Source: Amoebidium appalachense
Lineage: Eukaryota > Protista > Ichthyosporea
Reading direction: 5' to 3'
DNA length: 64,000 nt
NCBI GenBank assembly: GCA_963693365.1
Contig: CAVNZM010000005.1
Coordinates: forward strand, 2,656,342 to 2,720,341
Shown here: positions 1 to 21,145 of the stretch, one piece after another
How positions within the stretch are numbered: position 1 is the stretch's first letter
How the letters are laid out: each line of letters starts with the position of its first letter
Translations under genes and position numbers: made by a program
The notes under the pieces: model-generated
Database searches by the model: none
The model's input: the letters and a program-made list of their open reading frames with translations, nothing else
Told to the model about the DNA's origin: nothing

Positions 1-331
1 CCCCCCCCCCCCCCCCCCCTCCCTCCTTCCCCAAACACATACACACACACCCTCCACCCACCTCCACCCACACTGCAATCAGGCCCCGTTCTTCACCACT
101 ACAAAATATGCCCGAGGAGTGAAAATTATTACAAGTCCACACACTAGGAGTGTATCAACAAACACATTAGGTATTAAGAGTGCAAGCAACTAACCTAGCC
201 AAAACACGCTAGGAGATCAACAACTAACAAACTACACACTAAGGACATAAAAACAATACTGGTGGAAGAGTTTGGCCGACGGAGGTGAGACATTGTTGCA
301 GTGTGCATGTGGTTGTATAGTGTGTGGACGG

Positions 332-364
<33 letters not shown>

Positions 365-505
365 GGGGGGGGGGGGGAGGGGAAAGCAGTGTTGGACGTT
401 ATTGGTGGTGGTGGTGTGTGTGAGCGTGTGTGTGTTCGGGGGGGGGGGGGGGGGGGGGGGGAGGGGGGGGGGAGGGAGGGGGTGGAGGGGGGGTATAGCA
501 CTCAC

Positions 506-6802
<6,297 letters not shown>

Positions 6803-7269
6803 ACCCCGCTGAAAAAAAAAAGGCGGGGAAGGGGGGAGGGAGGGTTCGTATGCAACGTACACCGGACACCGGTAGGTACAGTAGGCGGACTCAGAAGTAG
6901 GAACGATTGCTATCAGCTAAAGTGTATGCGCATATATTGCCTCATTCCCTCTCCTGACCAGGGCAGAACAGCTTTGGAAGCAAAGGCGTTGCACCTCACA
7001 TCACTACGCGAGAGGCCGTCAAAGTTTCCGGTAATGTACGCCGGAGGATGGTAGAGTAAAAGCACAACACGCACACACACTTTAACACACACCCGCTTCT
7101 GTTACCATCCGACGTGTTCTCAGTGATGGCTCGACTGTGCACAAGAGTCAAAAAGTGCAAAGGTCGAACAGTCGTCAGCTCTGAGAGCCACTTCCAAGGT
7201 TGAGTCTACGTGGCGGAGACTTTTATGTAAGCCTGTCCATGTCAAGCCTGGGACCAGAGGTCAGCAGCA

Positions 7270-7302
7270 TGAGAAACACGTCATTACAAAATATGTATTA
7301 AT

Positions 7303-7345
<43 letters not shown>

Positions 7346-7601
7346 AGCCCGGTTTCCAAGGGAGCCCGTAAAAAAAAAAACTATAAAAAAAAAAAACGGG
7401 AAACCCAACTAATTGATTTTCTTACTACTAGTAACAGTTTTTTTTAGGTGCTTCGTAGAGTAAGAAAACCCTGATACATATTAGCACCCGACATCTATGT
7501 ACTTGATCATGATATACCGCTGAGGGGATATTCCGAGCAAAACCCCCCCATACCTGAGACTGGTCTCTCTTTGCCTCGAGTAAATAACAGCGTAAACCCC
7601 C
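7270..7601 (+). mobile_element. 5'-truncated LINE copy related to the element at 52661-57533
   Basis: tgagaaacacgtcattacaaaat matches the end of ORF2 (tgagaaacacatcactacaaaat). It is followed by (CA)n, an A-tract and the same ~200-nt tail ending cagcgtaaacccc. Confidence 0.9.
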
Positions 7602-7987
7602 TGACATACATACACAGCGTCACACAGTTACTGTGTACACGTGTATAATGCTGGAGCTGAGGGTACGGTGGGGGGGGGGGGGGGGGGGGTAAGGTAGGGA
7701 GATCTTGATTCTGGTCTGAGTTTCGCAAACGCTGTTAGCCTGCACTTGGCCTCGAATAATGAAGACCATATGATGTTTTCTTATTGAGAGGGACAAAGTG
7801 AGGAAGACTGCACTGCAGAATCCCATCACTGTCCCGTTGAAAGCCATCTCAGACTGCGCGGGTAACGGCTACTGCCGGTCATACCATGTGTAGCAGAGTG
7901 ATGATGTTGGGGGAGTAGGCGTAACTACACTGTATGGTACTGTAGGTAAATCTACACACACACACACACACACGTGCACACACACGT

Positions 7988-8040
<53 letters not shown>

Positions 8041-8318
8041 CTCTCTCTATCTCTCCTTTTCCTGTTCTCTCACCATCTAGTGGCACCCACCAACAAACAC
8101 ACATATCCAACGTCACCAATCAAGTCACACCAACCTGTACCAGTTCAGCTCGGGATAAAGCAACCAGGAAATTCCAGTTCACCAAAAGTTGAACACTGAC
8201 TGGCAGCTCTAATATAGCAGGTGCAAACAGAAAACCCCCTAGGCTAAGCATGTTCTCGTATGCCATCGAGGGGAAAAGAGAGTCACAAGATTGAGCGAGA
8301 ACGACGTGCATGTGTAGT

Positions 8319-8476
8319 TGAGTGAGTGAGTGAGTGAGTGAGTGAGTGAGTGAGCGACTGAGTGAATGAGTATGTGGGTGAGTATGTGAGTGAGCGAGTG
8401 AGCGAGTGAGCGAGTGAGTGAGTGAGTATGTGAGTGAGTGAGTGAGTGAGTGAGTGAGTGAGTGAGTGAGTGAGTG
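8319..8476. repeat. (GAGT)n microsatellite
   Basis: Seen directly in the sequence. Confidence 0.95.
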
Positions 8477-8601
8477 TGTGTTTACATACGTGGGCATGCG
8501 TGTGTGTGTCTGTATGCCTGTGTGTGTAGTGTGTGCACACAAAGGTTGGGTTGTGGTGGGGTGGGTGGTGGTGGTGCTCGGGGTTGAGGGGCAAGGGGGG
8601 G

Positions 8602-8636
<35 letters not shown>

Positions 8637-8717
8637 GAAGGAGGGTTGATATGATGATGTTTGAGACACCACAAGCAAAGAAAACAACAAGGGACCCACA
8701 GAGACGTAAAGCGACAC

Positions 8718-8754
<37 letters not shown>

Positions 8755-9319
8755 TTGAATCGCTCCAAACTTCAACAGCGGGACTTCTCGTATGCCTTGA
8801 CGTGTGCTCTCAGTTCATCCACTGCACGCAGGTGGTCCATGTCGTAGCGGCCACGGCAAACAATACAATATAGACGGATGCCAGTTTTGATGGCCAAATG
8901 AAAGAGATAAATGTAAGAGAAAAAAAAAGAAAAAAAAAAGGAAAAGGTGTAAGGATGTCGGGGTGTTTTCGGTGGGGGCGAGAGGAGTCACGGAATGGAA
9001 GAAAGGATGTAAGGAGCCCTGTGTGCATCTATGTGTACATGAAGAAAAAAAAAAGGTGGGGGGGGGGGGGGGAGGGGAGGGGATGGATCTGGGAGGTGGA
9101 GGTGATCACGTATGTGCACTTTGTATGTGCGTGTGTGTGTGTGTATGTGTGTGGGTGCAGACGCAGACCCTTTTTGTGTGGCCAACTGAAAGAGACGAGT
9201 GTGAGGCAATACATTAAGGGTGTTAATGTGTAAGGAAGTCTTCCCGATTGGTAGGGGTGAAAGAGGAAAGAGATAGGGAAGAGGGTGTGAGGCGCCCTGT
9301 GTACATTCATCTGTACACA

Positions 9320-9359
<40 letters not shown>

Positions 9360-12267
9360 TCTGACGCGCGCGCACACGCACGTATGTGCAAGTGTGTGTG
9401 CGAGTGGGTGTATGCGGGCACATGCTGGTGATGGTTGTAGGATTAGCGAATTTTTGAAGCTACCTTCGAATGCACGAGCTAGTGATGAACATATCATTGC
9501 ACAAAGGAGAAGTGTGAATGCATACGAGAATAACGAAGGGAAAGGCCCACGGTGAGTTACTCATAAGCAGTCCACACTCTTGGAGCGTGTTCCGGGGGAA
9601 GGGGAGGGGGGGGGGGGGGGGAGGGGGAGGAGGAGGGGGGGGGGGGGGGGGGGGGGGGGTTGCACCTCAATCGGATTGCTCAGGCATGGGCTAGCACACA
9701 GCCAATGACCCAGTCCCTTGGCACACTGAGCCCTCGCACCATCCTTTGCCTGGCATGCAACACACGGTGACGGCTGATTGGTTGGTGGGGGGAGGTGGGC
9801 AAAAGTAGTGGAAAGACAGGTCCTATCCAGGACATTGACTGAGAGGGTATGTGTTGAAACGAGTTGGCGGTCGTGGTAGCTTTCGGATGCGCATGCACGC
9901 GCGCACTGGGGAAGGCCTGTTTCGACTCCATGGGGAAAAGGCTCGGAAAGACGGGTGTCCACTGTGTGATGTATAGGTTAGTAGTTGATGCTGTACCAAG
10001 TAAACAGGATTAATATACATGCTCAAGTGCATACAACAACCTGTGCGCATTTCCCTATGTTTGGGCAAACGAGCATGTGTTCTTTTGAGGTTATTCACGT
10101 GAGAAAGAAAGGGAGGCCGACCTATGCACTGCCAGGACACGAGTGGGTTCTTTTGCAATATTCCAAGATACAAAAAGACCAAACAATTGAGGTACACAGC
10201 GAGGTGCCGGTGAATCTGTGCACCCATGACATAGGCCCAAGAAGCAAGAAGACCGGGATCCAGACGCGGTAATCAGCGGTGCAGGGGTCTGAAAAGCATT
10301 GGAAGAGGGGGACAGGGGTGTGGGGGTTGGGGTTGGGGTGGGCGGGGGGATGTGATGCAGAGTACGAAGTACACACACGACGTACATCACCAGGCGGGGG
10401 AGGAGGGGAAGAAGGTACCTTCAATGTCAAATTGAGGGGGAAGGGGGGGGGAGGGGGTTTGCAAGTACCTTCGATGTCATAGTTGAGGCCAGCCCACTGC
10501 TGTATGCTGTATTTTGTCAATCCTCTGGCGCAAATCACGACCGAGTTTCCCACTGAGCACGGAGGGCACCACCGCCCCGAATGAGTAGCTGTCGTGGTTC
10601 CGGTCGTACGCCGGCCTGTCCTCTATCACATGCACGAGGGTGGGGCATGTATACCCGGCGGTTTGCAAGCTTGGCTGAACTTCGTGTGCCCATCGGTCGA
10701 GAGCCAATCCGATATCAAACAACTTTGGGACCCAATCAGGTGTGACCACGACGTTGATTGGGCGTATATCACCGTGGAGTATGTTGTGAGAGTGCAAAAA
10801 GGACAAACCACGTGCCAATCCGGTGACGACACGAACTCTCAGCGACCAATGAAATGCGACGGAAGCGATGTCAATTTTCAGAATTTGTTCGAGGGTTCTA
10901 TACTCGGTGATATCGTAGACTAGGGTGCCCGGTACCCCACCCACTTTGCTGTAGCCAAGAACTCTTGCAATATTCGGATGGGTTAGTCCCCCTATCATTG
11001 GGTCCCTGTGTGCGTCATCAGTCAAATTTGTCACCCGTAGACGGTTGAGAATACATATTTCCCCCGAATCCGGCTTCTTGTACTTGAAAATAAGCCCAAG
11101 CTCACACTTCCCAACCTTGCACTCCTGCGACTAATTACCCGTCCCCTTGCGCAAAATCTCCTCTGTAAATTCCTTTCCATCGTCCATCGAGCCCTCACAC
11201 TCACCATATGCTCCGGTTCCTGCGATTGGCTGCTTCTGCTCGATTTCCACATTTCCGATTGGCTCATTTCGCTCTTCCTCATGACCATCATGATTGGTGT
11301 TCTGCGATTGTGCAGGGCACAACATTTCTCGATTGACTTCCTCTGCTTCCGCCATTTCATGTTCGCTGTCGTTTTCTATTGCACGCTGCCCTGGCGGCTT
11401 TCCTTTCTTGAAATTGGTGAAGGGACAGGAGTGGTCTGTATTGTTTTCTTTCGGATCACCAACAGATGCGGGGATGCTTGCGTGTGAAGCCGCAAGTGAA
11501 AGTATCGGAGTGAAATATTGTGTGTTAGGCAAATCGAACGAAGATGAGCCATTCTGCCGTTTCTCTTTACGATGGTGTTCTTCCTCTTGGCGTTCTGACT
11601 CTTCTCTTTCCCTCTCCTCCTCCCGCCTTCGTCTCTTTTCCTTCTCTTGCTTCTCCCCTTCTGTGTCCTCCTCCCCCTTTTTCCTCTTTTCGAACTCTTG
11701 TTTCTCCCTTTCTCTTTCTTCTTCAAAGCTCCGCTTCTTTTCATTCTCCTGCTTTCCCCTTCTAATTCCTCTTCCGTCTTTCGTTTCCTTTCATTCTCAC
11801 TGCTATAGCCTCTTTGATGTCTTTTGTTTTGTTGCGTACTGGCGTGGTAGGTACGCCTTTTTCTTTGCTTTGATTTGTCAGTCCGAACCTTCGTGATGTG
11901 CGCCGCACAACAGCAGAGGGTGCAGACTGTGGCTTTGCTTTCGGTTCACGTGATGCCGGCTGTGGATTAAACAATGTCATAAATGGGGACTACACAACAT
12001 GCACAGCACACAGACAAGTGTGGCGATGTTGGCAAAAACAAACGAAGACGGATTAGGAGTTGGGGGTTTATAACGCAACTTTTTTCCCCTCCTTCCTTCA
12101 TCTCCTGCTTCTTCTTTTTTTTCTTGTTGTTCTTCTTCGTCTTCGTCTTCTTGCTCTCCATCCATTGTTTTCCTCCCCACCCACCCCCCATCCCCTCCCT
12201 CTTTTTTGTGTGTGTGTGTGTGCGCGCGCTCGTGTACGCGCGCGCGCGTGTGTGTGGTGGTGGTGGT

Positions 12268-12318
<51 letters not shown>

Positions 12319-12838
12319 GGGGGTCACCTTGCAGGCACTCATCCAGTCGTCAACCATTTTCAGCACGGCATCATGGTGCTGGGCAATAGCACGCACCCTG
12401 TGCTGAAGGTATCATCATTATTAGCTTAGGCCCTTATCATATATATTATTACTTAGTTATATATGCCTCATCCCCTTACTAAATCTCAACCAAGCCCCTC
12501 CTTGCCATAGTTGGTCTGGCTCTCGGCTGAGGCAGATGCATGCACACACGCTACCAGACGGTCATGCCCATACGAATATCTTTACAGCTTCATCGGTCAA
12601 AAAAGAAAGAAAAAAAGAAAAAAGGTAGATTCACGTACCATGCATGTGTATATTGTGTGTGCACATGTATGCATATGTTCACACGCCAGCCATACATCGC
12701 CCTCCCTTATTGCATAGATCCCCTTCTCCAAAGTTCCCTCCCTTTTTGTATGTTTATGTGTGCCTTATGCACACGTGTGCTCGTGTGGACGGAAGGGATG
12801 TGTGCGCACCTCCATCCATATATGTACCCGCGTCCTTG

Positions 12839-12917
<79 letters not shown>

Positions 12918-13955
12918 TCTGTGTTTTGTGTGTAGGTGTGCAAGTCTGATTCGTTATGTCGTGAGTGAAGTAGGAAGATAATGCAGCTTTGTAGGAACTC
13001 GGCATGAGGAGTATAAACGGGATGCACGAGATATGGAGGGAGAAACAATTGTGTTTGCACAAAAGTAACACCCTTTGCAACTCGTAGCCGTACTTAGGTT
13101 AATGAAACCTACCGGACTGGCACCCTTGTCCAGAAACATACGAACAATGCCTGCCTGCCCGTCCTTTGCTGCAACGTGGATCGGTGTCATCTGTATGGGA
13201 TGAAATTTTCACCAACACATCATCACCCCCCCCCCCCCCCCCCCCCCCGGGGGGCTCCCCACGCCAATTGTAGTGATTCTACCTTGGGCACTATAATGAT
13301 AAATGTGGGCTGCCGTGTGGATCTGCTTGCACTGACAAATGTCACCTTCACATCGTCACGTTCCCTGCACACCGAAATGCAGGCAGGCAGGCAAACATTC
13401 TCCTGGTACCCTCCCCCCCCCCCCCGGTTTTTGCACACATTTAGGCTTGCAAAGGCTGTGATGTGCACACAATTGATACCGCAAAGGCATGTGTGTCACA
13501 TTCTCAGGTAAGCTCCCTCTGATTTGTGACCACCTACCTTGTCCATGTTTCGTTTTTTGAGCAACTCCTTGACCACATCTTGCTCAAGAAGGACACCCAT
13601 GACGGCCCCTTTCTGGTTCGTGCCGAACTCGGGTGGTACGCTTGCAGCAAAGTGGAGAACATTTTCCTATGAAAGAACGAGAGGAGGGCGCGGGGGGGGG
13701 GGGGGGGGGGGGGGGGAGGGTTAGAACCAGTAAAATAACAGTCACAGGGAGACGTATGAGTAAGGAGTTGAGTGAGTCCAACTGATGAAAACAAGGGGGG
13801 AGGGGAGGGGAGGGTGGGTGGGTGGGTGGGTGGGTGGGGGTGGTGTGTGTGTGTGTGTACGCGCGCAAATGTGTGTGTGTGTGTGTGCGCACATGCGGGT
13901 GAGTGGATGGGTGGGTGGGTGGGTGGGTGGGTGGGTGGGTGGTTGGGGGGAAGAA

Positions 13956-13986
<31 letters not shown>

Positions 13987-14934
13987 AACAAAAGATGGAA
14001 GGAGTTGACCGGGGGTCGAGTTTATGATTTTAAAAGAACAACTGAAATGAATATATGGAAGTACAGGCTCAAACAGAACTACCACTGCTATTATCATTCT
14101 CTTCCGGCACACGGGATGGGGTGGTCGTGATGTGTCTGTGTGCGTATGCATGTGCATGTGTGCCCGGCACATGTATGTTGGTGGGGGCAGGGGAAGGGAC
14201 CGAGCACGTCAGGGCGAGAGATTAGGAGAGAGGGTGAGAATGAGTGGTAGAAAAAGAGAGAGAGAGAGAGCAAAAGCGAGAGAGGAGAACGAGAAGGGGG
14301 GAAGGGGCGGCCGCGTGAGGGGGGGGGGGGGGGGGGGAGAGGAGAAAGGGCGAAGGAGGGGGGTTTGACGATCAAACTCACTCCATCAATGTTGACAATG
14401 TCCATGCGTGCACCTCTCCCAAGGAGCATTTTGACCACCTCTGCTTTGTCGTAGTAGGCTGCATACATCAGTGCCGTGTTCTGGCCACACACACAGTGTT
14501 AGCACTTAGCACAATACATGGTGGCAACAATGCACCAATGCCCCCATACGATCCATGAGCATGCATGCATAAGGCCAAAAAATATGCCGTCACAGGCAGA
14601 TGCACACGTGCACGGCCAAATCACACACATACATCCTTACACACGCACCAAATACACTGGCACGCATGCAAGTGGGCGTACGCGGCCGCGAACGCGTACC
14701 AACCCACTCATCCATACACGTGTGCGTGGCGTGCACATGCATTCAGGCACACACCAACACAAGCACGCACTCACACACACGTACAGGTATGCACGCACAG
14801 GCACACATGTGCAGGTGTACATGCACATTGTGCTGTAATCAGAGGTGGAGCTGGGAGGATACAGACCATAAAAAAAAAGAGAGAGAAATAACGAAGGGTG
14901 GGGTGGGGGAGAGGGAGGGAGAGGAGGGGGGGGG

Positions 14935-15115
14935 GGGTTGGAAATATGGTGCGCAGTGAGCGTCAAGTACAAGGATAGACAACGGAAATGACGGGGCACA
15001 ACAACGTGTAGCAGGGTTGTGCGTTCACTTTTTGGCACTCAAGTAAGGGAACACAGAGATGGCAGAAAGCAGGTGGGCTGCGGCTTGTGTACGATTGATA
15101 GAACTGCCGAAATAG
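14935..15115 (-). mobile_element. Possible divergent or deleted relative of the structured repeat family
   Basis: Shares ccatatttccaaccc with the 3' region of subfamily C and contains acaaccctgct. No ribozyme core is visible. Confidence 0.35.
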
Positions 15116-15167
15116 TTCCTCCCCCCCCCCCCCCCCTCCCCCCGTCACCCCCAACCACCACCCCCCC

Positions 15168-15198
<31 letters not shown>

Positions 15199-16168
15199 AA
15201 AACCACTCCCGGCTTCCCCTCTGTCCCCCCCCGATCACGCCCACAACATCCTGCGAATCAACCCGCACTTCTCTACCGTTGCCCATCTGCTATTGTTGGA
15301 ATACAAAACAACAGCTATCCTTACCACAAACACACCCAAACTAGCAACGTGTAGCCTCTTTTAGCTTGTTATCGGTGTGTTTGAAGCCATGCACGGATAC
15401 ATGTGAAAAATCATCCACCGACACTTCTTGATTCTGTGCAGGAACACCTACCCCGCTTTCATTGGCGTTTTGATCAATGTCAAACCCTTGCTCGATCGGG
15501 AGTTCCACTGCATCAACATGGCCATTTCTAGCAGCAAAAGACAGTGGAGAGCACTGAGGAGGGCAAAAAAAAAAAAAAAAAAGAGAACGGAAAGGGCATG
15601 GATTGAAGCGGGAGAGGGGGGAGAGAAGAGGGGAAGAGGGGAGGAGGGGAGGAAAGGCTCGGGAAGTGAGGGAGGCATGGAGAGGAAGAATGGGGGAGGG
15701 GAGGGGGACGGTGTGACAACGAGGCGAGGGAGAGGGTGTGAGAACGAGGCGAGGGAGAGGGAGAGAGGATTAATGGATGGAGGGAGGGCGGGAGCGAAAG
15801 AGGGAGGAGGGGAGGAGGGAGGAAGTGAATTAGAGAGGGAAAAAGGGAGGAAGAGAGGGAAGAAGGGAGGGAGGCAGGGAAAGTTAAGCTGCTATACACA
15901 TAGAAAATTTAATCATTTCAATATATTACATATATCTATGATTTTCAGGTAACACATGTGCTGATCTGTAAAGAAAAATGGGCAAGAGGGAAGGGTTGGA
16001 GGTCACCTCCTATTTTTCAATTCTAACCCATTATCCATATTTGTAACCCAAACTCAACGCTACATAAAGTGAGGAGGGGTTCAACCAAGCATATCACAAG
16101 GAGCCTTGCCCTTCATGTACTCCGCCCTCCATAGACAAGCATTAAGGACTAACACTAACGGTTCAATA

Positions 16169-16520
16169 CAGACTACGTACGCTGTCAGACTACAAAAATT
16201 TACCGCCGTCGGCTATAATCGTTATGGCATGTGACGCCACACTGAGATACTTCCATATACGGACGTATCTCAGTGTGACGTCATTTTGAATTGATATTAT
16301 CCCGGGAGTCTGTAGTCTGTGGGATACGTAGGGGGCCCCCCGGCAGATTCGGCCTTCTTCCACAACCGGGCCGTTTGGTTGGCTGGCGCGGGGCCGGGGT
16401 TACGTAAGGCGGTGGGGTCGGGGGAGGCCAGACCACGATATGGAGGTTTGGGGGGAGGCCTGCGCAGGGCCTTACGTAAGCCTTACGTAAGGCGGTCAGG
16501 CGGGGGCGGGGCGTAGTCTG
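16169..16520. mobile_element. MITE, Tc1/mariner-like, with nested inverted repeats
   Basis: TA|CAGACTACG...CGTAGTCTG|TA termini. A second pair, CAGACTACA (16186) and TGTAGTCTG (ends 16319), encloses a hairpin of about 19 bp (16232-16283). Confidence 0.65.
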
Positions 16521-17259
16521 TAATGAACTATTAGCCGTTAAGCTTCAGAGAATAGGGGTACACATACGTTTTCCGAGCCGTGAATGATATCCACTCCCAT
16601 CGACCTTGCTCTCTCCAACAAAGTGTTGATGGTGTCAACACAGCCGCTCTGGGCTGCAGCCATAAGCGGCCCAAGCTGTGTGCAGCAGGTGCTTAGATCC
16701 ACAATATGCCATCTCAAACACAAAACATAAACAGACATACACATCAACCCCTGTTTTTTATGTTTATTCAGAAGTCAGATTGTGGGTTAAAAGAGACCTG
16801 GCAGGTTGTCGTGAAATGGCATGAGGTTTCACGTTGAACGGGTGGGGTTTTGACTAGTCAATGCCTATTTTTCAATTTCACTTCTATGACATGGGGTTCG
16901 TGTGGTCTAAAAAGTTAGCATCTGATTTATAGGGGCTAAAAGAAAAAGGATCACTTAAACAGTGGGACACAACATTCCTGAAGAGACTAACGTCACCAGC
17001 ACATAACTTGATTGACCGTACACCATCTATTATGAGCCGAGTATATGTATGTGATATGTGCAATGCTTATTTTGTCAATGTGAGAGAGGGGATGGGGGAA
17101 AAGGCCTCCAGTCTCACGTAAATAGGACTTGGAAAGACGGTGGAAGAAGGGAAAGGGGAGGGGGAAGGTGGGCAGGCAGGGGGTGGGGGGCTTTCTCTGC
17201 TGCTAATGAATGTACCATGGTCGGGCTTCAAAGTGATCTATGCCTCATAAGATCCGATT

Positions 17260-17296
<37 letters not shown>

Positions 17297-17585
17297 ACCC
17301 CCTCCCCCCCCCCCCAAAAAAAAAGAAAAGAAAGCGGCAACCTATCCCGTCCGCTTGCACAGCCCGAATATTGGCATCCTTTTCCAGCAGAAGTTTGACA
17401 ACATTTGTGTGGCCTCCAATTGCGGCCTGGTGAAGGGGAGTCCCCTGCAGAAAAGAGAGGTGTCAATGGGCATCAGAACGTGGTGGCAATGCTCCTGTTG
17501 TCATTAAGAAAAAAGGAAGAAAGACAAGCAACACTCACACAAAAACCAAAAAAAAAAACAAACAAAAAAAAACAAATTACAATAA

Positions 17586-18260
17586 CGGCGCCGGATCTGT
17601 GGGGCTTGTGTACTATGTGGGTGCGGTTGCTAAATGGCTAATCAATGATCTGATCGGCGACCAATCAACCGTTACGTTATTGATCGAGTGGCTCACCAGA
17701 TTACGTAATATATGTGAATTTGCTCCAATCGCTCAAACCACGAAACAACTCCCGTGTGTCCGATTTCGCTTGGTCCCCCACGCGCAGACTTGGGTACTTT
17801 TCACTAGTAAACCCCTCCTGAAAATTGGCAGAAGTGGTTTTCCCGTTAGGATAAAGGCTTACACAGAGCCGTTTTGTTCGCCTCCGAGTATTACCTATGC
17901 TTCCCTAATACACTATGCTAGCCAATACATAGACATACCCTTAGAATCATAGGCGAACAGAACGGCTCTGTGTAAACGTTTGAATTAGTGAAAAAAACGT
18001 TTCTGCCAATTTTCGAGGGGGGTTTACTAGTGAAAAGTACCGAAGTCTGCGGGTGGAGGATTATGCCGGCGGCTCAAAAACGGTTACTCGGGCGATTTCG
18101 TGTTTTGCCCGATTGGGCTAAAGGCTGATGATTACGTAATCCGTGAGCCACGAAATTTGATCCAGTCAAATTTTAGATTGCGATTGGCCATAGATCAGGG
18201 ACTTCTGTTACTTATAGCGAGGCCGCTCAAATAACTCCAAAGCCCACAGATCCGGCGCCC
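17586..18260. mobile_element. Foldback MITE, possibly PIF/Harbinger-like
   Basis: Terminal inverted repeat ggcgccggatctgtggg/cccacagatccggcgcc. Internal inverted blocks at 17783-17833 vs 18001-18051 and 17859-17883 vs 17951-17975. Flanked by TAA and TTA. Confidence 0.75.
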
Positions 18261-18499
18261 TTAGAGAAAAAAAGAACACGCACAATGGTCCCCCCCCCCC
18301 CCCCCCCCCCCCCCCACCCACCCACCCACACATAAAAGAAAGGCACAACCAAGAAACTACTACCAACCAAAACCATGCATCAACCGAAATAAAGCATCCA
18401 CACACACAAGACAGCGACAGGCATATCTGTTGATAACTAAAAGCAAGCTGCGCACGCTTAGCAGAGTGACACCTGCATTCACCCATACACGCCTGTGGA

Positions 18500-18548
<49 letters not shown>

Positions 18549-18703
18549 GGACCGGGCGCCAAAAACAACAAACAAAAAATGAAAAAATAAAAACTACCAC
18601 CACATACCACCAGGACCTATTCCAGCCTCTCCCGCCGCCACCACTTTTAACTATTCCCCCCTTCCCCAAATGCACACAACAGTGATCATGCGAAAAGCAT
18701 TTT

Positions 18704-18752
<49 letters not shown>

Positions 18753-18791
18753 CGTGTGTGTGCCAGTGTGTGTGCCCGTGCCTGTCGAAGT

Positions 18792-18835
<44 letters not shown>

Positions 18836-19045
18836 GGATGTATGTACCAATGTGTCTGGTTGACATCGGATTGTATTTTGTTTCTACCGTTTTATTAACG
18901 TATTCCAAAAGTCCGTTGAGTGGTTACATTGGTTGGCCATCTGATTTGCTTTCTTCTTTCTTTTCTATTTTTTTCTTCTATTTTCTTTTTCTATTTCTTC
19001 TACTTCTACTTCACCTTTTTTTTGTTTTTGTTTTTTTTGGATGCC

Positions 19046-19091
<46 letters not shown>

Positions 19092-20799
19092 GAAGAGGGG
19101 AGTTATGGTCTTCTTACCCCATACGTGTTTGTTGCATTCACACTTGCACCAGCAGCAAGCAGCATCTTTGCAGCCTCCAGGTGTCCATTATATGCTGCCA
19201 GATGCAGCGGGGTGTTATCCCACTCCCCAACGCTGCTACCCCCTTCTTCAACTTTGGCAACCTGTGATTGATGTCAGGGTGCGGCAAGGAAACAGTAACA
19301 CTTGTCTTAAACAATACCTGGCCTGTAAACAAGTAGAAAAGTTTTCTCCTGCATGCTTTTTTCCAAGCGTACCGTTGAGTGCTACTCTCACACCCGTTCA
19401 GGTAGCTTATCTCGTGGCACTATTTTGCAGATTTGTGATCAATGAGGTGATTGGTTATCTATTCTTGATTATCCTGCTGTGTGAGCATGGAACTCAGGCT
19501 TGTTGAAATCAAGAGGAAGAAAGTCGGCTGGTGAGATGGGACCCAGTCTAAAAGCTACCATAAGACCCCACAACACCCTTGTTCAACAGCAACAAAAAAA
19601 AAATTGGAAGAGGAAAAAAAGAGAAAGAAAGAAACAGGCACATGATGTCGTGAAAAAGCGGCACGGCATTAGCTAAACTACATTGAATAAATATAACTTA
19701 TCTACAGGTTCAAACGGATACTTTCTACACACATGCACGTTGGTGCGGGCGCTGGGGTCAGCACGACGCTGTAGCAATATTTCAACGATTCGTGTGCACC
19801 CTTGGTCTGCTGCGTCATGGAGAGGCGTGTACTGTGGGCAATGAAAAAGTTGTGTTGGGATCTATGCCGAAACAACAAACCATATGTTACATTTTGTGTT
19901 TCAGGAAGTGCATCCTTGCAATCGTTGTCTATGTGTGTGTGTGCACGCATGGTTACCGAGTAGCAAATCATCGGCTTTTAACAGTGACCATATCTGGTTA
20001 ATCCGACCTAACCGGCCCGACAGCACTATGCGTGCAGGCACCATTTGCTATGGGTATGAGCTATGTATGTCTACATGGACGTATTTCATATGACAGTAAA
20101 AATCTAGGTCTATATAAGTTGGATTCAAATGCATCATGGCGACGTCTGACAGTTGAGCAAAAGCACCACGCACAAATCTGTTAGATTTGGGAGCTGAAAC
20201 CATTAGTGACATAGCGTTTAAACATCCACATACCCCTTCGTGGTTGGCGACAGTGGCACTCGCTCCCCTTGTCAACAATAGCCCTGCCAGGTCTTCATGC
20301 TTGCTGCCGATTGCCTTATGCAGTGCTGTGTCCTACGAAGGACATAAACATTTCAAAACAACACAACTTTCACTGTTCAAATGTGAGGACCTGTCCTCTC
20401 TCTTCCCTCCTCCCCCCCTCCACCCACCCACGCACGCGCGCACACACACACACAGGACAAGGTACAGGAATCCGTCAATCGTATGGCAGATTTCATCTAC
20501 CCCACCTCAACTCTGCATCTTCGAGTTATCCCACTTCAACGCTCAGCTTGCTTCCGTACACTATGTACTTCAAAACAAAACACAACATGCACCCCTCCAG
20601 AATTTGGAAGAACACGAAATGATATGATTTGTAGAGAAAAGAAGGTGGAGGGCACAGGTGCAGGGCCGGAGATGAAGGGGGAGAGGAAAAAAGGGGAGGG
20701 AGGGAAGGGAGAGATGGAGGGGAAGATATGCATATCATTAAATATAGATATATAGCTATATGGAGAAAGTGTAGGTTGAAAAAGAGAGCAAGAGAGAAG

Positions 20800-20906
20800 G
20801 GGAAGGAGAGGAGGAAAGGCAAAGAAAGAGGGAGAGAGAAAGAGATAGAAAGAGATAGAGATAGAGAGGGAGGGAGAGGGGGGGGGGGGGGGGGGGGGGG
20901 GGGGAG

Positions 20907-20961
<55 letters not shown>

Positions 20962-21017
20962 ATGGGGGAGAGAGGGAGAGAGAGCGAGAAGGCCGGGGTG
21001 TGTGAGAGAGGGGGCTG

Positions 21018-21048
<31 letters not shown>

Positions 21049-21058
21049 AGAGAGCGAG

Positions 21059-21130
<72 letters not shown>

Positions 21131-21145
21131 GGAGAGAGGGAGAGA
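20800..21145. repeat. (GA)n-rich tract
   Basis: Seen directly in the sequence. Confidence 0.9.
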
